From: Phoronis australis
Taxonomy: Eukaryota > Animalia > Phoronida
Assembly (NCBI GenBank): GCA_002633005.1
Contig: NMRA01000901.1
Coordinates: 1-64,000 of the forward strand
Direction of reading: 5' to 3'
Length of the DNA stretch: 64,000 nt
Shown here: positions 38,690-53,500 of the stretch, piece after piece
How positions within the stretch are numbered: position 1 is the first letter of the stretch
Layout of the letters: every line of letters begins with the position of its first letter
Program-made: the position numbers and the translations under genes
The notes under the pieces: model-generated
The model's input: only the letters and a program-made list of their open reading frames with translations
Told to the model about the DNA's origin: nothing
Database searches by the model: none

Positions 38690-41600
38690 TGAGTGTGCTG
38701 CTGGCATGTGGATTAAAAAAGGTGCATCTTAATCCAAATTCCATACATCTGCATAGTCTACCGTTTCATTGTTTCTGGAATGTGCGCTATACCATCTCTA
38801 GGCAGCTGCCTGGAATAGGACTTTATGTCATCACTATGGTCTGTAGTCATGTGTCAGTGTGTGTCCATCCCACATCAGAGGGTGCTAGGTACTCAGATAT
38901 CCATGGACAATGAGCATTTCGCTATACCTTGACTTGATAGTGCACTTTTTTATGTATTTATTATCCTTTACAAACAATTACAAAAAAAAACAAACAAATA
39001 AGTACACCATTCATTCACGCATGCACACCTCAGGAAGACCATTCTCATATCTCGTTTAAAGTAAATATCTTCTACATGAACTTAACATGAACAATAAATT
39101 TTTCCCATTTTGCAGAGAAGCTGTCATGTACAAAGTTGTTATGTGCATTTAATTTTTCAGCATTATAGTATTCATAAGTTTTTGTAACGAACTTGAGAAA
39201 ATTAGGTATATTTTTGTGACATCTCTCTTTGTAAATGTACTGTTTAGCTAGTGGAAGTAAAATGTTAAATAGGAAATCTTGCGTCTTGTACAGTCCAAGA
39301 ATAACAATATCGTAAGACAGACAGTTGGGAAACTGAATGCCACACTTTTGAAGTAGCTTTTCGAATTCCTTCCAGAAATCTTGTACAAAGCTACATTCCC
39401 AAAAAAGGTGTGACAGCGTCTCTGGAGCTTTATTACAAAAGGAACATAGATCAGAATCCCTAACACATATTTTGACTAAAAAGGTATTTGTTGCAATAAT
39501 TCTATGTAGTATTCTAAATTGGAACCATCTAATATGGGGATCCTTTGTAATTTTGTAAGGTAAAGCATATATTTTCTTCCAATCTAAACTATCTCCTAGC
39601 TCTATTTCCCATTTAGACTCTGACTTAGGTTTCTTAACGTTATTAAAGACTGAACAGATATGTCTACAACCCTTCAAATCTTTCCGTAAGTGAGTAATTG
39701 CTAAAGGCATGCAAGGAGAGTAGACATTAACACTTTTAAATTTACTTTGAAATAGACTTTTTTGAAACCTTTTTAGAACAGAAACAACACCATTATATTC
39801 TACAAAGTTGGTTTTCACGTCGAACCTATTTTTCATATTGTTTAGACTAACAAGATCACCATCAGAGGTATACATATCTCTAATAAATCTCAAGCCTTTT
39901 ACAAACCAAGGCTTATAAAAAACACCTGTGCCTCCGATCGCCAAGTTACTATTAAACCACAAAGGTTGGTTCAAAAAGTCCTCTTTACTTGCAACAATTA
40001 TTTTCTTGTAGAAAGATAACATACTTTCAAATACGTCGCGCCAGTAGGAATTACCAATTAGAGTTAACTTCGACTTAATAAAGTCATCTCCAAATGAAGC
40101 AAAATTCTTTAAGAACGGGTAGAGTGCGTACAGTAATTCACCACTTTTAGACGCAGGGCTTTCCAGATATCTACGGGCCATAGCGAGTTTTAAAGCTTTG
40201 CTGAAAGTATGCATATTAACCATTTGAATTCCCCCTCGATCAAGTCCTAAACAGGCCGTAGTTCGTTTAATTTTATCATTACGGGCCTGCCATACAAATC
40301 TAAAAAATGTCGTATTCAATTCACCCAAGACTTTCACTGATGGATTTGGTAAACTTGACAACAAAAAATTAAGTTTAGAAATAGCTAATGTTTTAATTAC
40401 CGTTACTCTACCAAACGGCGTTAAATTTCGTCGACTCCAACTTTTTAGTAAAGACTTGATCTCAGTTATTCTTGCAGTGAAGTTCTTATGCGTCATACTA
40501 TCCAATTGAGTGTCGAAATCCACCCCCAAAAATCTAAAAGATTTTTTTGTCCAAGACAAAATTTCTTTTGTAGGAATCACGTCATCACTACCAGTTTTAC
40601 TTCCAAACCATATGGCTTTTGTTTTATCCACATTCACTTGGAGACCGGAGACACTAGCAAACAAATGTAGTACATTCAGTGTGGTAGTCAATGACAAATT
40701 CGACCCATCCAACGTAATTGATGTGTCGTCCGCATATTGCGAAATCAAATATTCCTTATTCCCAGCAACTACACCAGCAATATTTTTATTATTCTTGATT
40801 AAATACGCCAAAATCTCCGCGCACAATATAAAAATGTAGGGAGACAATGGGTCACCTTGTCTGCAGCCACGTGAAATATTGAACCAAGAAGATGGGTGAC
40901 CATTTACGACAACACAGGACTTAATATTACTGTAAAAGACTTTCACCCACCTTCTGATCGACCAACCAAAATTAAGGAACGATAAAGTTTTTTGAATAAA
41001 ATTCCACGACAATGAATCAAATGCTTTCTCAAAATCAATCAGTAAAAGCAATCCAGGTTTGTTAGCTGCCTGGGCATAAAACATTAAATCATATAGCACT
41101 CGGATATTTTCGTTCATATTTCTTCCAGAAACGAAACCTGTCTGGTCCTTACTGATTACTTTTCCCAAAACGGATTTTAACCGTTCAGCTACTGCCGAAG
41201 AAGCCAATTTATATGTCACATTGAGCAAGGATATGGGTCTCCAGTTTTTCAAATAATGTTTACTTTTATCTGCTCCCTTAGGGATGCAGGTGATCACTCC
41301 CTCTTTCTGTGTTGAGGATAACTGGCCAACAGCAAAACCTGTATTAAGTGAGCGAACAACGAAATGTCCAATGTCAGCCCAAAAAAATTTCAAAAATTCC
41401 ACTGAAAAACCATCAGAGCCTGGGCTTTTGTTGTTTTTCATTTTTTTCAAGCATTGTGTGACTTCTTCATATGTAAGAAGACCTTCTAATTTTTCTTTTT
41501 CTGTCTCATTCAGCTTGGAGACACAAACATTATCAAGAAGAGTTTTTAAAGAAGTATTGTTAGTATGTCTATATTTGTATAGATTTTCATAAAAAGTTTT

Positions 41601-42510
41601 GGTTTCCTGAATAACCTCTTCTTCACTATTGGTTTTAGTATTGTCAGATTTCCACAAAAAAGGCATAAACTTACTTGTGTAATGCCTATTTTCCAAGTGA
41701 AGAAAATATTTGGAAGGCACTTTGATCAGATTGTTAAAAGGCATCATGTGGTGAGGGAAAGGCTTCTGGTTTCACGTTCTTGGAGAGTAGTTAATGGCTT
41801 GCCACATCTACAAGTTCTGGTCAAGTTGTATAGTCTGCAGACAAATGCTTCTGAAAACGTCATAGTTTCCCTTGTGAGTTCACCAATATCCAGGTTCTTA
41901 AGCAATTTGTGATGCTATTGGTAACGTCTTCCATGATGATCGTTTCGTGTGACTGGCAAAGTACGAGGTGGTGTCACACCCGGTCAGGGCATGAAATGCT
42001 AAAAAAGATGTTGCCAAGTCGCTTCGTAATTTGTTGAAAAGTGCTTCAACAGGGGCATGTGTTGGAGGTGCGATACCAGAAGCAGTAGAACATCAGTGTC
42101 CTTGGAAGATACGACTACTCTATTAAACTGGCTGTGGACAGCACGCTATGCCATTCTTGCATTTCTTTTTCATGTGTGGATTTCAGAGGCCTCTATGAGT
42201 AGTATCCTGTGTTTAGGACCGTTTTCATGAATGAATCCGCCACAAGTCTCCAAGGCTTACGATCATTAATGGGGCAAGAGGGCGTGTCATGAAGTTGAAT
42301 TGTTTCAGGACTGTCGATGTGTTCTGTTAGTGCTTTTGCAAGTAAAAATATATTTGCAGTGCTCAGTGAGCCTTTCGTTTCAGCAAGAGAAAGGGGGACC
42401 GGAAGAAGCTCGTGTTTGAGCGCGGACAGCAAATTCACTGGCCAAGCTGCCTCATAAGCTGCAATAAGACAGCAAAGAAAAGTCCTGTCTGCCTTTAGAA
42501 CTATTTTCTT
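38690..42510 (-). mobile_element. Academ-like DNA transposon remnant (XPG/PIN nuclease plus Cys-rich C-terminus), split by a LINE
   Basis: Degenerate minus translation ADR...LKHELLPVPLSLA, VVVSSKDTDVLLLL, FHALTGCDTTSYF, AFVCRLY (42510-41724), resuming as AHYQ...DVGW...SCLEMV...CRC...GLRCT (38941-38690). Confidence 0.7.
38949..41716 (-). mobile_element. 5'-truncated L1/Tx1-clade LINE with uninterrupted RT ORF, poly(A) tail and TSD
   Basis: ORF 39072-41747 has KSPGSDG, WRPISLLN, DFEKAFD, GCRQGDPLSP, QYADD and CSFC...ETLSHLFWEC. AATAAA and a short A tail lie at ~38950-38962 on the minus strand. Direct repeat gcacttt at 38942-38948 and 41717-41723. Confidence 0.95.
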
Positions 42511-45500
42511 GTAACCCAGAGCCGCTCCCAGTGCTGATCGAATCTCAAAAACTTGGAGAGACGATCAGTTAAACGCGACCTTACGGGTTTATGAATAACA
42601 AGTACATGTACTTCTGCTTCAAAACTAAACGATGTCCATAATGTCGAAATAAATGTAAAAAAATATCCCTTTAAACAACAGAACCGGGGGCTACCGCTAC
42701 ACTACTGCACAGATCCAGCAGGTGCCGAGACAAAGACGGCCAGACGACTGAAACTCCGGAGTCAAAATCAGATAGGCTTACACTACATGCGTAACCACCA
42801 AACTGAAACGTGTGCATCTTAGGAGAAATATATTTGTGTTTAACCTTCGATCAATCAAGCAACAATGACATGTTCAGATGCTCGTATGCCGGCTCACACA
42901 CTATAGTTAACATCTTTTGACATCACTAGTCAAGTTAGGAGTTGGCCAAAATGACGGATATTGTTCTCGAACTGCATAACGGCTGTCAGGATTAATCACG
43001 CCACATCAACAATATTTAACCATTCGTTTCGCACAATTACTTGAGCTATAGACTAAAATACATTCTACACGGCAGCGTGTTGTCTGATAAAATGGCGATT
43101 TGGAAACGCAAACGAAGCTGTTTCAAGAATGCTACATTGTGATTGGTCAGTTAAGTCGTCAGTCATAATCCTGGCGATCAGTCAATTTTGTGAAATCTAT
43201 GGATCGCAGGTCTGGCGTTTTACTGTAGGTCTTGCGATTTATAGTACACTGTTGGTCAGTATGATTAGATGGCCCATGTGTATTCACTCATCTACAAATC
43301 ATTAAGTTGTCTGTGATGTTAGCACTGTCTAAGAATGCGTTTAAACGCACCAGCTCCGCTCGCGAATAAGTTTTGCAAACTGGGAGAATCCTCGAATTCA
43401 ATGGTTACATGAATTGCGCCGGTAATAGTGCAGGCATCCGTACATACGTTGCGTAAAGCCAGTCACCCAGCTATCCTCATATTTCAGCTAGGAACTACTG
43501 TGTGGTAATCTTGCATAGATTTCTGCTTTTTATCTCGTTGAAAAACTTTTACCCGCACCACTATATACATGTAGAGCTAACAACCTTCGAGGCTCCATGC
43601 AAAATCTGAGAGTCAATCGACACTCACCTTGCACGTAGAAAATGCCAAAACAATTTGGCAGCAAAGATACAAGTCGTAAGAAATTGCTTCGGTACTTCGG
43701 GAATGAATTAAATGTGAGACGTCTCGTAGAAAGTTCTGGAAATGACTTCCATCGGCAAGGGTTTGATTTTGGATTACTGATACATGTATATATTCTTTAC
43801 CTGTACTTGTTGCGTCACGATGTACACGTGTATACTGGTCTGCAAGGTGTTTTGAGAGTACTCAGGTACATTGGCATGTTCTACCAAAACAAGTTCAGTC
43901 ACGCGGGTCAGTTACCGGGAGGACCGCTGTTTCAATTCAGGAGGAGATACCGGCAGTTAGTTCAAGTACTGACGTGCAGTACTTCTCATAAAACACGGTC
44001 GTTATATGATTCAGGAAGTGGCCAAACGGGTTGCAGTTACATGAATCACGCATTTCAGTAAAATTCAACGAAAAAAGAAAAATACAAGGAAATTAATACA
44101 ACGGTATTAATGACATGATCAAATTTTGTTTGATGTAAACGTTCAAGCTGAGCAATGAAACACGCTTTTAGAGTTTCATTTCGTTGTTGTCTCATGCAAC
44201 AAGAGCATAATACATAAAAAGACATAAAAGTCCTTTATTTGATTGTCCCTCGTGCAAAAAGTGAAGCATTTTAAAATCAATTCAGCATTTTTGAGAATAG
44301 TGCTTAAAGCCTATCATCTACTAGCTTCACTTCAATCCTGTCAGGTCCTTAGCCAGGATAACGCAATGTGTGGTTCAAATTTCTGAAACACTGGAGTGTC
44401 CATTAAAAAAATAAATAGCAAGCGACGCACTAACTTTTCAATGCATTTTGGCAAGCAATTCAAACGCAACCAATACATTTTAATTCTTTCACCCTGGGCT
44501 TTATGTTCTCAAAAAACGCCAGTAAGTAACTCTTTGTTGTTGGGGACATGTTTCAGGACCATTCTGACAATTTGCCTGACCTGTAGTGCATGTAAATGTA
44601 CCTGCTCATACGAACGTGTAAGGTACGTGCCTGGCCGTCCAAAGTCTACGGGACCCGTCAGTGATGGTTTTTATACAGAGTTGGGATTTTTGTGTTCATG
44701 TTCGTTCAGGAGATGTGCTGTTTTTAATTGTTCATCAAAAAGTAAACAACATAGGTTACTTTGTTGGCAAGGTGTTTCTCATTATCCTGTGTCGAGCGCC
44801 AACGGGCTACTTCTATATTTTGGCAATGCCCGCAAAACCGTGTGTGCGATGCTAACGAGAGCATTTCTGTGGGATTACTTGCACGCTATTGTTGTCATCA
44901 CTCATGTATACCCCGCCATCACAGCCTTTATCTGTGTATGCAGTCGGCAATGTCGATATACCGTGACCATTCATAAGGTGCCCGTAATGTGTACAGCTAG
45001 CTACTGGGTGCGTTTGCCCGTTATCCGCTAATGACTGCAAAAACACACTGTTTTCAAGCAAGTCCAGACCATGCATGTTGTATTAGGCATTTACTAATTT
45101 GTCAAGGGCTTGACTTCATTGTTGGAAAGAACTTTGTCGTCAATAACGGGATAAAATTTCAGTGAATATACATGTAGTTTCTTTTAATCCCTTAATGTCT
45201 TCAAAAGGTAGTATATTGCAAAAAGTTGAAATTATACACAAATTATGTAACATGTACATGTATGTGTTTCACTGCTATCCGCTCAAGACTACAAAAGCAA
45301 ATTGCAGCAAGTCCAGGCATACATGTATGTTGTACTCGGCATTTACTATTCGTATGGGCAAGGGCGTGAATTCATTGTTGGATGGAACCTTGTCTTCAAT
45401 AACAGGAATACATCTCATCTCCTTCAGCCCTGAGTGAAAGCGATAGCACGTCAATTTTCAGCAATCCTACTCGTTTTGGTACTAAATTTGACAAAAAACC

Positions 45501-47338
45501 TTAATCGCCTTTGGTTAAAATTCATATTGCAAAATAGATGCAAACTACCAGGAATTGCCGAACGTATGAGCGCTGCTGTTCTTTATGTTTTGCTACCGGG
45601 ACACGGCAACTCGCGAATTACATACACCCCCAGCAGTTGGCGTGTGTCAATGTAACAGGAGAATAATCACTTGTGAAATGAAATATTTTCAATTATTAGA
45701 CAAAACGTATTTTAGAACGTGACAAAATGTACAACAGATACGCCGAGGAGTGTAGTGAACTGTTGTATATAGGCGGAATGTCGACGATGGAAACTCTTAG
45801 TGTCAGAAGGATGACGCAGGGTTTTTTATACCGATGTCAAAAGAATTTCAGAAAGATCTTGTTGTTTAGTCTTGCTTTAATGACTCTTACTTCCAACTCA
45901 GCAACAAATCTAAAATGGCGGGGTAGCACTCCGCTCCAGATCGTGGCACGTGAGCCAGAATGTTATGATATTTGTCCTACGTACGCATTTCTATACGATT
46001 CAGCAATGTGTACTGGTGACTTTGTAATAATGTGTTTTAACAATCTAATACGTGTTTAACACCTTTGATACTAGGGGTTTGAGCTGTATTACTTGTTTTC
46101 CAATGAATATGATCAATTCATTTTATATTAAAGGCGAAATATACATGAACGTGGTGTTAGTCATTCCCTGATGCTGTACACGTTTCACCATAGTTTTGGC
46201 CTAGTGGTTGACCGAGCGTCATTGTTTTCCTTCATATCTGTGCTTTCACCTTATCGTCGTCCCATGCCAGTGTCATTGCCGTTTAGCGGATAATTGGGGT
46301 TGCACCTCTTATATCGAACTTGTTGATCGTTCCTTGTCTGCGAGGTCGTGCACCAATGACTCTGATTTGCCATCAATACACCGCGTTTTCATCGACCAAA
46401 GATTTGTTGGTAGACCTAGGCCTACTTGTTTCAGAAAACTCTGAACAGGCAGTAGTGCCCACGTCAGGATTTTCCACAAGAAAACATACTGAAAGTCTGA
46501 TTTCTGCTGACTAATGGAGAATGGTAACACACAATTTTACATGCATTCTTTATATTGTTTAACTAGTACATATTTTGCATAGCAGGTACAAGCTAGGCTG
46601 TGCTTTTACGCGGGGCCATTCAATCGAACCCCCGACTTTCCCCTGCCTAAATGTTTCTGGTATACATGTAAAGGTGTACGACTTCCGAGTTTATTCCAAT
46701 TCGGGCATTGTATAGGCTTCTACATATACTTAAAAGTGCAGGGTTTGCTTTTAGTCGTCAGGTTGAGCTATTTGTGCCAATTTGCATTCTATTACAAAGG
46801 AACCTGAACGCTAATTCCTCGTCTCTGTGATTATAATTAGAAACATAACATACAGCGATGACAAGTAGGTTGACAATTGTCAAATGTTTTTAAGGACGAG
46901 TTTGAACCACCGTAAATCACTCAACCGTATCTAGTAAGAAACGCCACGTGACGTTAAGAAATAACACTGCATTATGCGACAATGCGAGTCCCCAACGTAC
47001 GTCTATAGTGCAAAGGTCACCCATTTACAGAATTTTTAGTTTCTGATATACATGTACATTAGCAAAGTTAGGACCATGCTAATAATCTTCAATTTGGAAT
47101 CACCCTTATGTTATAACCAAAATTGAGCATAATAATTGAAAATACACTAGGGTTTATAGGAACGTTCTTGTTGTGTGATCCGTGGCAGAATTAGGAAGTA
47201 CATTAGCTTCCACCTTTGCATTTCAAGAAATTGTAACAGCGCGGATGCTGCTTCATACACATCTCCTTAAATCGCTGGTCACCTAGAGCTGAATCATCAA
47301 TTGCTAAACGCCATGTGTGATATCCATTTCCAATTCAG

Positions 47339-47545
47339 ACGACTGCAAAAACACACTGGATGGTAGAGACTACATGGGAACAGTCAGTGAAGGTAGAAAC
47401 GGTGAAAGGTGCAAAATGTGGAAAGACACAAAATATACTCTTCTCCCAGAGAATTATTGCCGGAATCCTGATGGCGAGCCAAATGGACCGTGGTGTTACC
47501 CTACGACTGGAGGATGGGAGTATTGTGACGTGAGTCTATGTTCAG
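47339..47545 (+). CDS. Kringle-domain exon inside the gene B intron that splits the F-lectin domain
   Basis: caattcag|...|gtatgg, 207 nt, phase 1-1. Reads DCKNTLDGRDYMG...C.MW...NYCRNPDGEPNGPWCY...WEYCDVSLC with all six Cys. Membership in gene B is uncertain. Confidence 0.85.
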
Positions 47546-50500
47546 GTATGGAAATATTGTACAGGTGGTGACTAAAGTCTATGTTGCGAGTCACATTTGA
47601 CCCCCGAGTAATGAAACCACGCAGCAGTGATGCTATTTTTTCTCTAATTGATTAAGACCTTGGTATTCTCCTTTAACACAAGTAACAATGCATTTAACAT
47701 TTCATCAACCCCCTTTACCATGGGTGGTTAGAAGTGTTGGTGCCACTAGTGACAGTACACGCCAAATGAAAGCAACCTCTTTCTTACAACAATTAATACA
47801 ACGACGGTTATGTTTTCGGAAAAAAGAGGAGAATCAAATACATTTGTGCCACTTTCAACACTCGTAGTCAAGTGAACGTGCCTTCGTTTGTGACATAATG
47901 TTCTTTTGAAGGTACATTGATTGATGAAAGTCCTTTTGCGACAAGTCATCGAACTACATGTATTGAGAAGCCTAACGGTTGAGTCTTGGATTTTCCATAA
48001 CTAGCAACGATGTTTTATTACCAAAAATACGCTTTGTGTTTATTAATTTTCTCTACTGATAATACAGTTCTCGATTTTATACTAAGCCATCAATTTACAC
48101 CTTACATAATACTTGAGGTACTACTTTCAATTTGGGACATTGTGTTTATTGGAAATTCAAGCACAAAAAGTTCGATAGACTCAGTTGCTTGAGATTGTGA
48201 AATTTGAAATCGTGGTCAAACAGCAACTGCTGAAAACGCAATTATGCATCAACATTTTCTGTTCCAAACCACATCTTTTTGGTCGTTATAGTCAGTGCGT
48301 TGTATTGACCTTTCGTTTTCGGATTGGGTTTTCAAAATATACATGTAGCTAAAGGAATCGAAATGGAATGTATCTTAGCGCTGAAACTTGAAGCACGTTG
48401 TCCAAAGCCAATTACGTAACTCTCTGTAAGAGGAGGTATATGGGCAACAAGTCTTCATAGACCATAGGCGGATTAAGGAAGGGGTTGCGGCAGCCCCCAA
48501 TTCAGACATTGTCCGACTCCGACAACGGGCGCAATCGTAACGGTAACTATTTGGCTAAATATTGCTACTGCCGGTCGATGTGTGCGTGGTATCCCAGGCG
48601 ACTGCCACTGTCGCTGCGCCATAGCAATCAATTTCCGTCGTCTGCTTAACTGTGCTAAGAAAACTATTAAGACATGTTTTCGGAAGCTGAGTGACGATGA
48701 AGAAACACAAACTGAAATGAATCCTCAGAAGCGCATAATTCGCTCTTTGTGTAACATTTAAATTCAAACGATTCCCCTTTGCAACCGCATGGTTAAAGCC
48801 AGTGCGAAAAGTGTATTTGTTCTTTTGGGCAACTTAAACAGGTTAGCGCGAACGGTGTGAGCCATAAGTACATGTATGTCTCTTAGCATATTATTTTTAG
48901 TGCATGCGTGATGGTGCAATAGAAGAACACGCGCCATTTTGACCAAAACGACGTGAGTTCTAGTAGGTGCAATGTTGACAAATTTTCCGTTGTTTCACCA
49001 ATTCTCAGTGGTTTTTTACTCTATTATATTTCAAGGCCCGGTTGCATTAAAGTTGTACATGTACGCCGTAATTGCAACAGTGAAGTCGCATTATCACGCG
49101 TCACTTTGTCATTGTTGAATAATGCCCTGACGTCATGCAACAATCAAACTTATCCAGCGGATAACTTTTGAAGCTTTGTGCAGCTCAACCCTGAAATTAA
49201 GGAAAATCATTGCTTATGGAAGAAAAAAATAAAATTTTCCTCTGGGCGTAAAGGGGAAGCCACTCCGACACCCCCCATTCGGCGCTGTTCGCATCTAGAT
49301 ATGTGCTTCGTGCCAATGTCTACAAGACAAAATATTTGGGCCTCTGATGATATGATAGATCTGCCATAACAGACAATGGCATAAATTGCGTGAAACTGGT
49401 TAGCGTTTTTTGATCAAATATTAGAGCTTGGGTACAACTTGCAAAACTTTCATGAAGTTTTATGAACTCATGGCTACTTTTTAATTCCTGACATTCCCGC
49501 ATTCGCGGAATAAAAGTAACCCTATTCGGTAGTGTGATGGTTAACAAGCAACAGGATTATGAATTACCGAGAAAACTGTGGGGGTAAAAATGGTAGAGAA
49601 ATTGCACAAAGTCTTTTTTGTTGGTGAAAGCCTTTCGAAAAAACGCTGTTTTTTACTAGAAAGCTGCTACCATTTTTATGAAATTCAATTAAGATCAAGT
49701 GTATATTTTTTATAAGTTTACATGTAATTTTTCATGACGTTGCATTACATGTAGTCACAGTTATGATGAGGCGTTTAGACTTTGATAACGGCTATAACAT
49801 CTTTTTTCAGTCATCCTATAGTGCCATGGTGATCCGTCATAAATGACAGAGTTGGTTTTGTTTCTAGGTACACATGTCAAAATATAATTTAAGTATATGT
49901 AGCATGATGCCAACAACCTGAGCTGATGGTGGTTTATTAAGACACATTTCCCAAGTACCACGATTAATTGAATATGATTATCAACACACATACTGTGTGA
50001 CCAGGATCCTTCTGAAGATTATAATGTAGGAGTTCAGTGGTTGCCCTTCGAGCTTCAAGTTTATTGTTCAGCAAGCACAAAAGTTCTGTTAAAATGCAGA
50101 CGTGGCGAAAGTGCACGTGTCTGGTTTTGTTCAGGACCAATACTTACAATGTACGATAGATGAGATCGGAACTATGTATATACATGTAGGATTATTGAAC
50201 AGATTTTCAACTTACGATTTTGAAAATTTTAACCGAAGTATCTATAACGAGTAAGTTCTACTATGATGCTCACTTTCCGTTAAACTCAAGCGCCATAGTG
50301 TTTAAGTATCAGTCCACGGATCCACCGACAACTGTGCAGCCAACAAGCGGCAAGGTGGGGGGTCAGCCATTCAGATCCATGTTTAGTTTGATAGATTACA
50401 TTAGGGATGAGAGAAATTGGGTGAAGTATGACACCACAAAGTTTGGTGGTTTAGAAGATACAAGGGGAGTGTTCTAGGGGGCAAAATGAGGCAATTCCTT

Positions 50501-53500
50501 GATGTGGAATTAGTCATTTTTTAACCAAATTCTCTACTCCAGTTCCTGCTTCAAACAGAATCGTTTCTGAACAATTTTGATATTACATGATAGGTTCATG
50601 ACTCAGTAAAAACGTCACCGACAGTAAATTATCTGTTACCATGGTAACACTGGAACTGTTTCCGTGGAGGTAAATTTCATTCTTGTGAAAAACCAGCAGT
50701 AAGTTGTACCCTTATAGCGAATCTGCCCCCGCGAGAAAACTAAAAATAATAACATGGACATGTAGAAGACTCCATAAAAACTTTGTCAGCCCTTCAGGCA
50801 GGCTTGTTAATAGGTGTCTGAAATTCACTATTTTCAGACCGTGTATGTAATTTGTCATGTTAAACCAGTCACTTGTTGTGCGTCGTTTCTACGCATTAAA
50901 ATGCCGTGTTATAATACAGCAGTTAAAGATTTGGTTTTGCTTAAATGTTTTAATTAATTTCAAGGAAACTAGCATTTCCAACTAAAATATGAAATTATAC
51001 TAAATTTGTTCATCCAACTCGTCTGAATACCATACATAGCTTACAATGCGTTGGTTGAATGGTGGCCATCTAATGTGCGGGTTTGCGAATTTATCTATTT
51101 ATCTGTCACTGCCAGTCGCATGGAATGTGGTATTTCTACAAATTGCGGAGAGAAAAAACTTTGGAAACTCTTTGGAAATGCACAAAGAGAAGAGCCAGAC
51201 ATTTGAGCACCTTATAAGAGTAAGGGGAGGTGATGTGGAGGTGGAACGTGTCCTCCTGAGAAGTAGTCTGTCTCAGTGTCTGCCTCGGAGGCAGGTTTGC
51301 AGCAGGAGCTACATAATCTGCCGTAGAAGATTCACTTGCCCGAATCATGTGTACAACCTTGGAGATATATTGGCGTCGCGAAAGACACTGAGTAGGCCTA
51401 CATCCACTGCACACTAGAGGATAAATCTAATAGAGGTCTGCAAAATGACCAGAGACGTTAAGTAAAGGTTCAACGTCTTGCTTCGTGTGAGCTCAGGTAG
51501 GAATCACCAAACCCCAGGGTCTAACCCTGAGGAATATTTTTAGAAGCACGTCATTCATGTAAAAATACTTTTATTGACACACCGTGATTACTTGTACATG
51601 TAACTTGGGCCTTATTGCACAATCACATCTTATTCAACTATGTTGATGTTTATGCAACTACATGTATACATTGGCAGGTAGTCATCATAACTTTTCATAA
51701 CAACCAACAAATGTGTAACATGACTTCTGCCCATGAACTACTTTTAGAGACTAGGGAATATGTTATGTTTGCCAATGAAGTTCTTCGATTATGAAGTTAA
51801 TTAAACATGCTGAAGCCGTCAAAAATATCAGTGCCTTCACTTTAGCTTGGTATTAATATTTTTTGAGCCAAAATGGCCACATTAAATTTAATATGTTTAT
51901 TTTTTTCATTAATACAACTTTAGGACTTAGGAAAGGCTTATACTGAAGAAGTGGCTTCTGTTGAAGCTGGAGGCCTGCCGATTATTAGTAAAGGTTGGGT
52001 AAGGAAAAGTTCGCAACCAGCCAGAAGGTACCCTTCTAGACAACTAAGTGAGGGGGCTAGAGAGAGAGGCCGAAAAGTCTACTCCCAGAAAATATGTCAA
52101 AGATAATTTGTAACTTGAGGAACAAGTCGGGGGAAAAGTATTTGCCAAAAATTACTGGCTTATACCACAAGAGGTCCAAAGTAATTTGTTGAGATAGGCC
52201 ACACTCAACAAATGTGAGGAAACTGGGACAGAGGAAGTGGAGTATGCATTGGAAGAAGCAATGTGCGATTGTCAAGGATGTAGCATTGTAAAAACTCAAA
52301 GGGAGGAAACAGTACAGTGCCTGGACCTGTAGATACTCTGGCTTATCTGCTAAATCCAGCGGTGGCATTATTGTGTCAGCACAGCTGTGTAGGGAAGTAG
52401 GCTTGTGTGTTTCTGACCACTGTACTGTTCCTTTTCCTTGAAGGTGCCTAATTGATCTGAATTAATGTTTCCGCATTTTATTTACCATTATAGATTTTTG
52501 TTTGTAAAGGGTATATATTACTAAAATTTGAGCACATGTTAGGCTGGTTATGTTAACTTATCTTTCTGCCTGGGTTATAAACCTTCTATCCATGAGGTAA
52601 TAAGTTTTGATTTAGACCATTTACGTCTATAAACTTTGCTCAGTTTGTTCCTTATCCAGATGGGAAGCGATTTCTGGAGACCATGCTGTGTGTTTAAAAT
52701 CGCACACTATTAGACTGGTCTCTAGCAATTGCATATTGCCAGATCTTTCAGATCTTTCAAGGTTCAGAAATTGCTCAAAAGTGACCTGAAAGTAATACCT
52801 ATTTCATGAAGGTAAAAATGTCTAAATGAAAAGTTGTTTGATGTGATTTTAAGCGAGTTTATATCCACTTCAAATGATTTTTGTTGCAGTACTGAAAAGT
52901 ATTGGCACATTAGCTCTGGTGGCTCCTTGTTTTTTTTTGGCAAATTGACCATTTTATGGTTCCCATGGGCAATTTTGTTACTGATCTAGTATGTATGTAC
53001 AACTGTAATCGTAGGGAAATTGTAATGCAAACCATGTTGCAAAAGTATTTTTTCATGACCATTTCATTGTAAAAATGCTGCCTAATTGGAACCAACAAGC
53101 CAATTTTTCATTCTGTGGTGGTTAGTTTTGATAAGAACATTGTCGTGGTAAATACAGCTACCTCAAGTTTGTGAAGAAGAGATTTCCAGTGTTGTCAGCG
53201 ACATTGCGAAATCACTTTTTCCCAGTGAGACTACATCACCTTAAATGTAATTCCTTGACTTTGTGGGCTTTGTGTGGTTGACTCTGTCCTGTAGCAATTG
53301 GACTGTCGAAAAGATCTACAAGGCAATTTTTATTAGAGTCATAACATTTGCACTTTTGACTGTAAATTCATCTTTGCGTTGTATAACGAAAACATATTTT
53401 GTAGTACACAAGTCTCTGGTTGGTATTTTATTTTTTTTCACACGGAAAATTTTGAGGTAGGCAATTTTCCAATGAGATAAGATGTGTGATCTTCCAATAA

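Noticed and set aside
44396-45031. 211-aa ORF, and similar ORFs at 11182, 17076, 23046, 27698 and 51046
   Set aside because: No recognisable domains or convincing splice context; likely chance or decayed repeats.
46128-47676. TTAA-AGG...CCT-TTAA Kolobok-like ends bracketing the kringle exon (possible transposon capture)
   Set aside because: Inverted match is only a few bases, and similar ttaaagg motifs occur elsewhere in the window.
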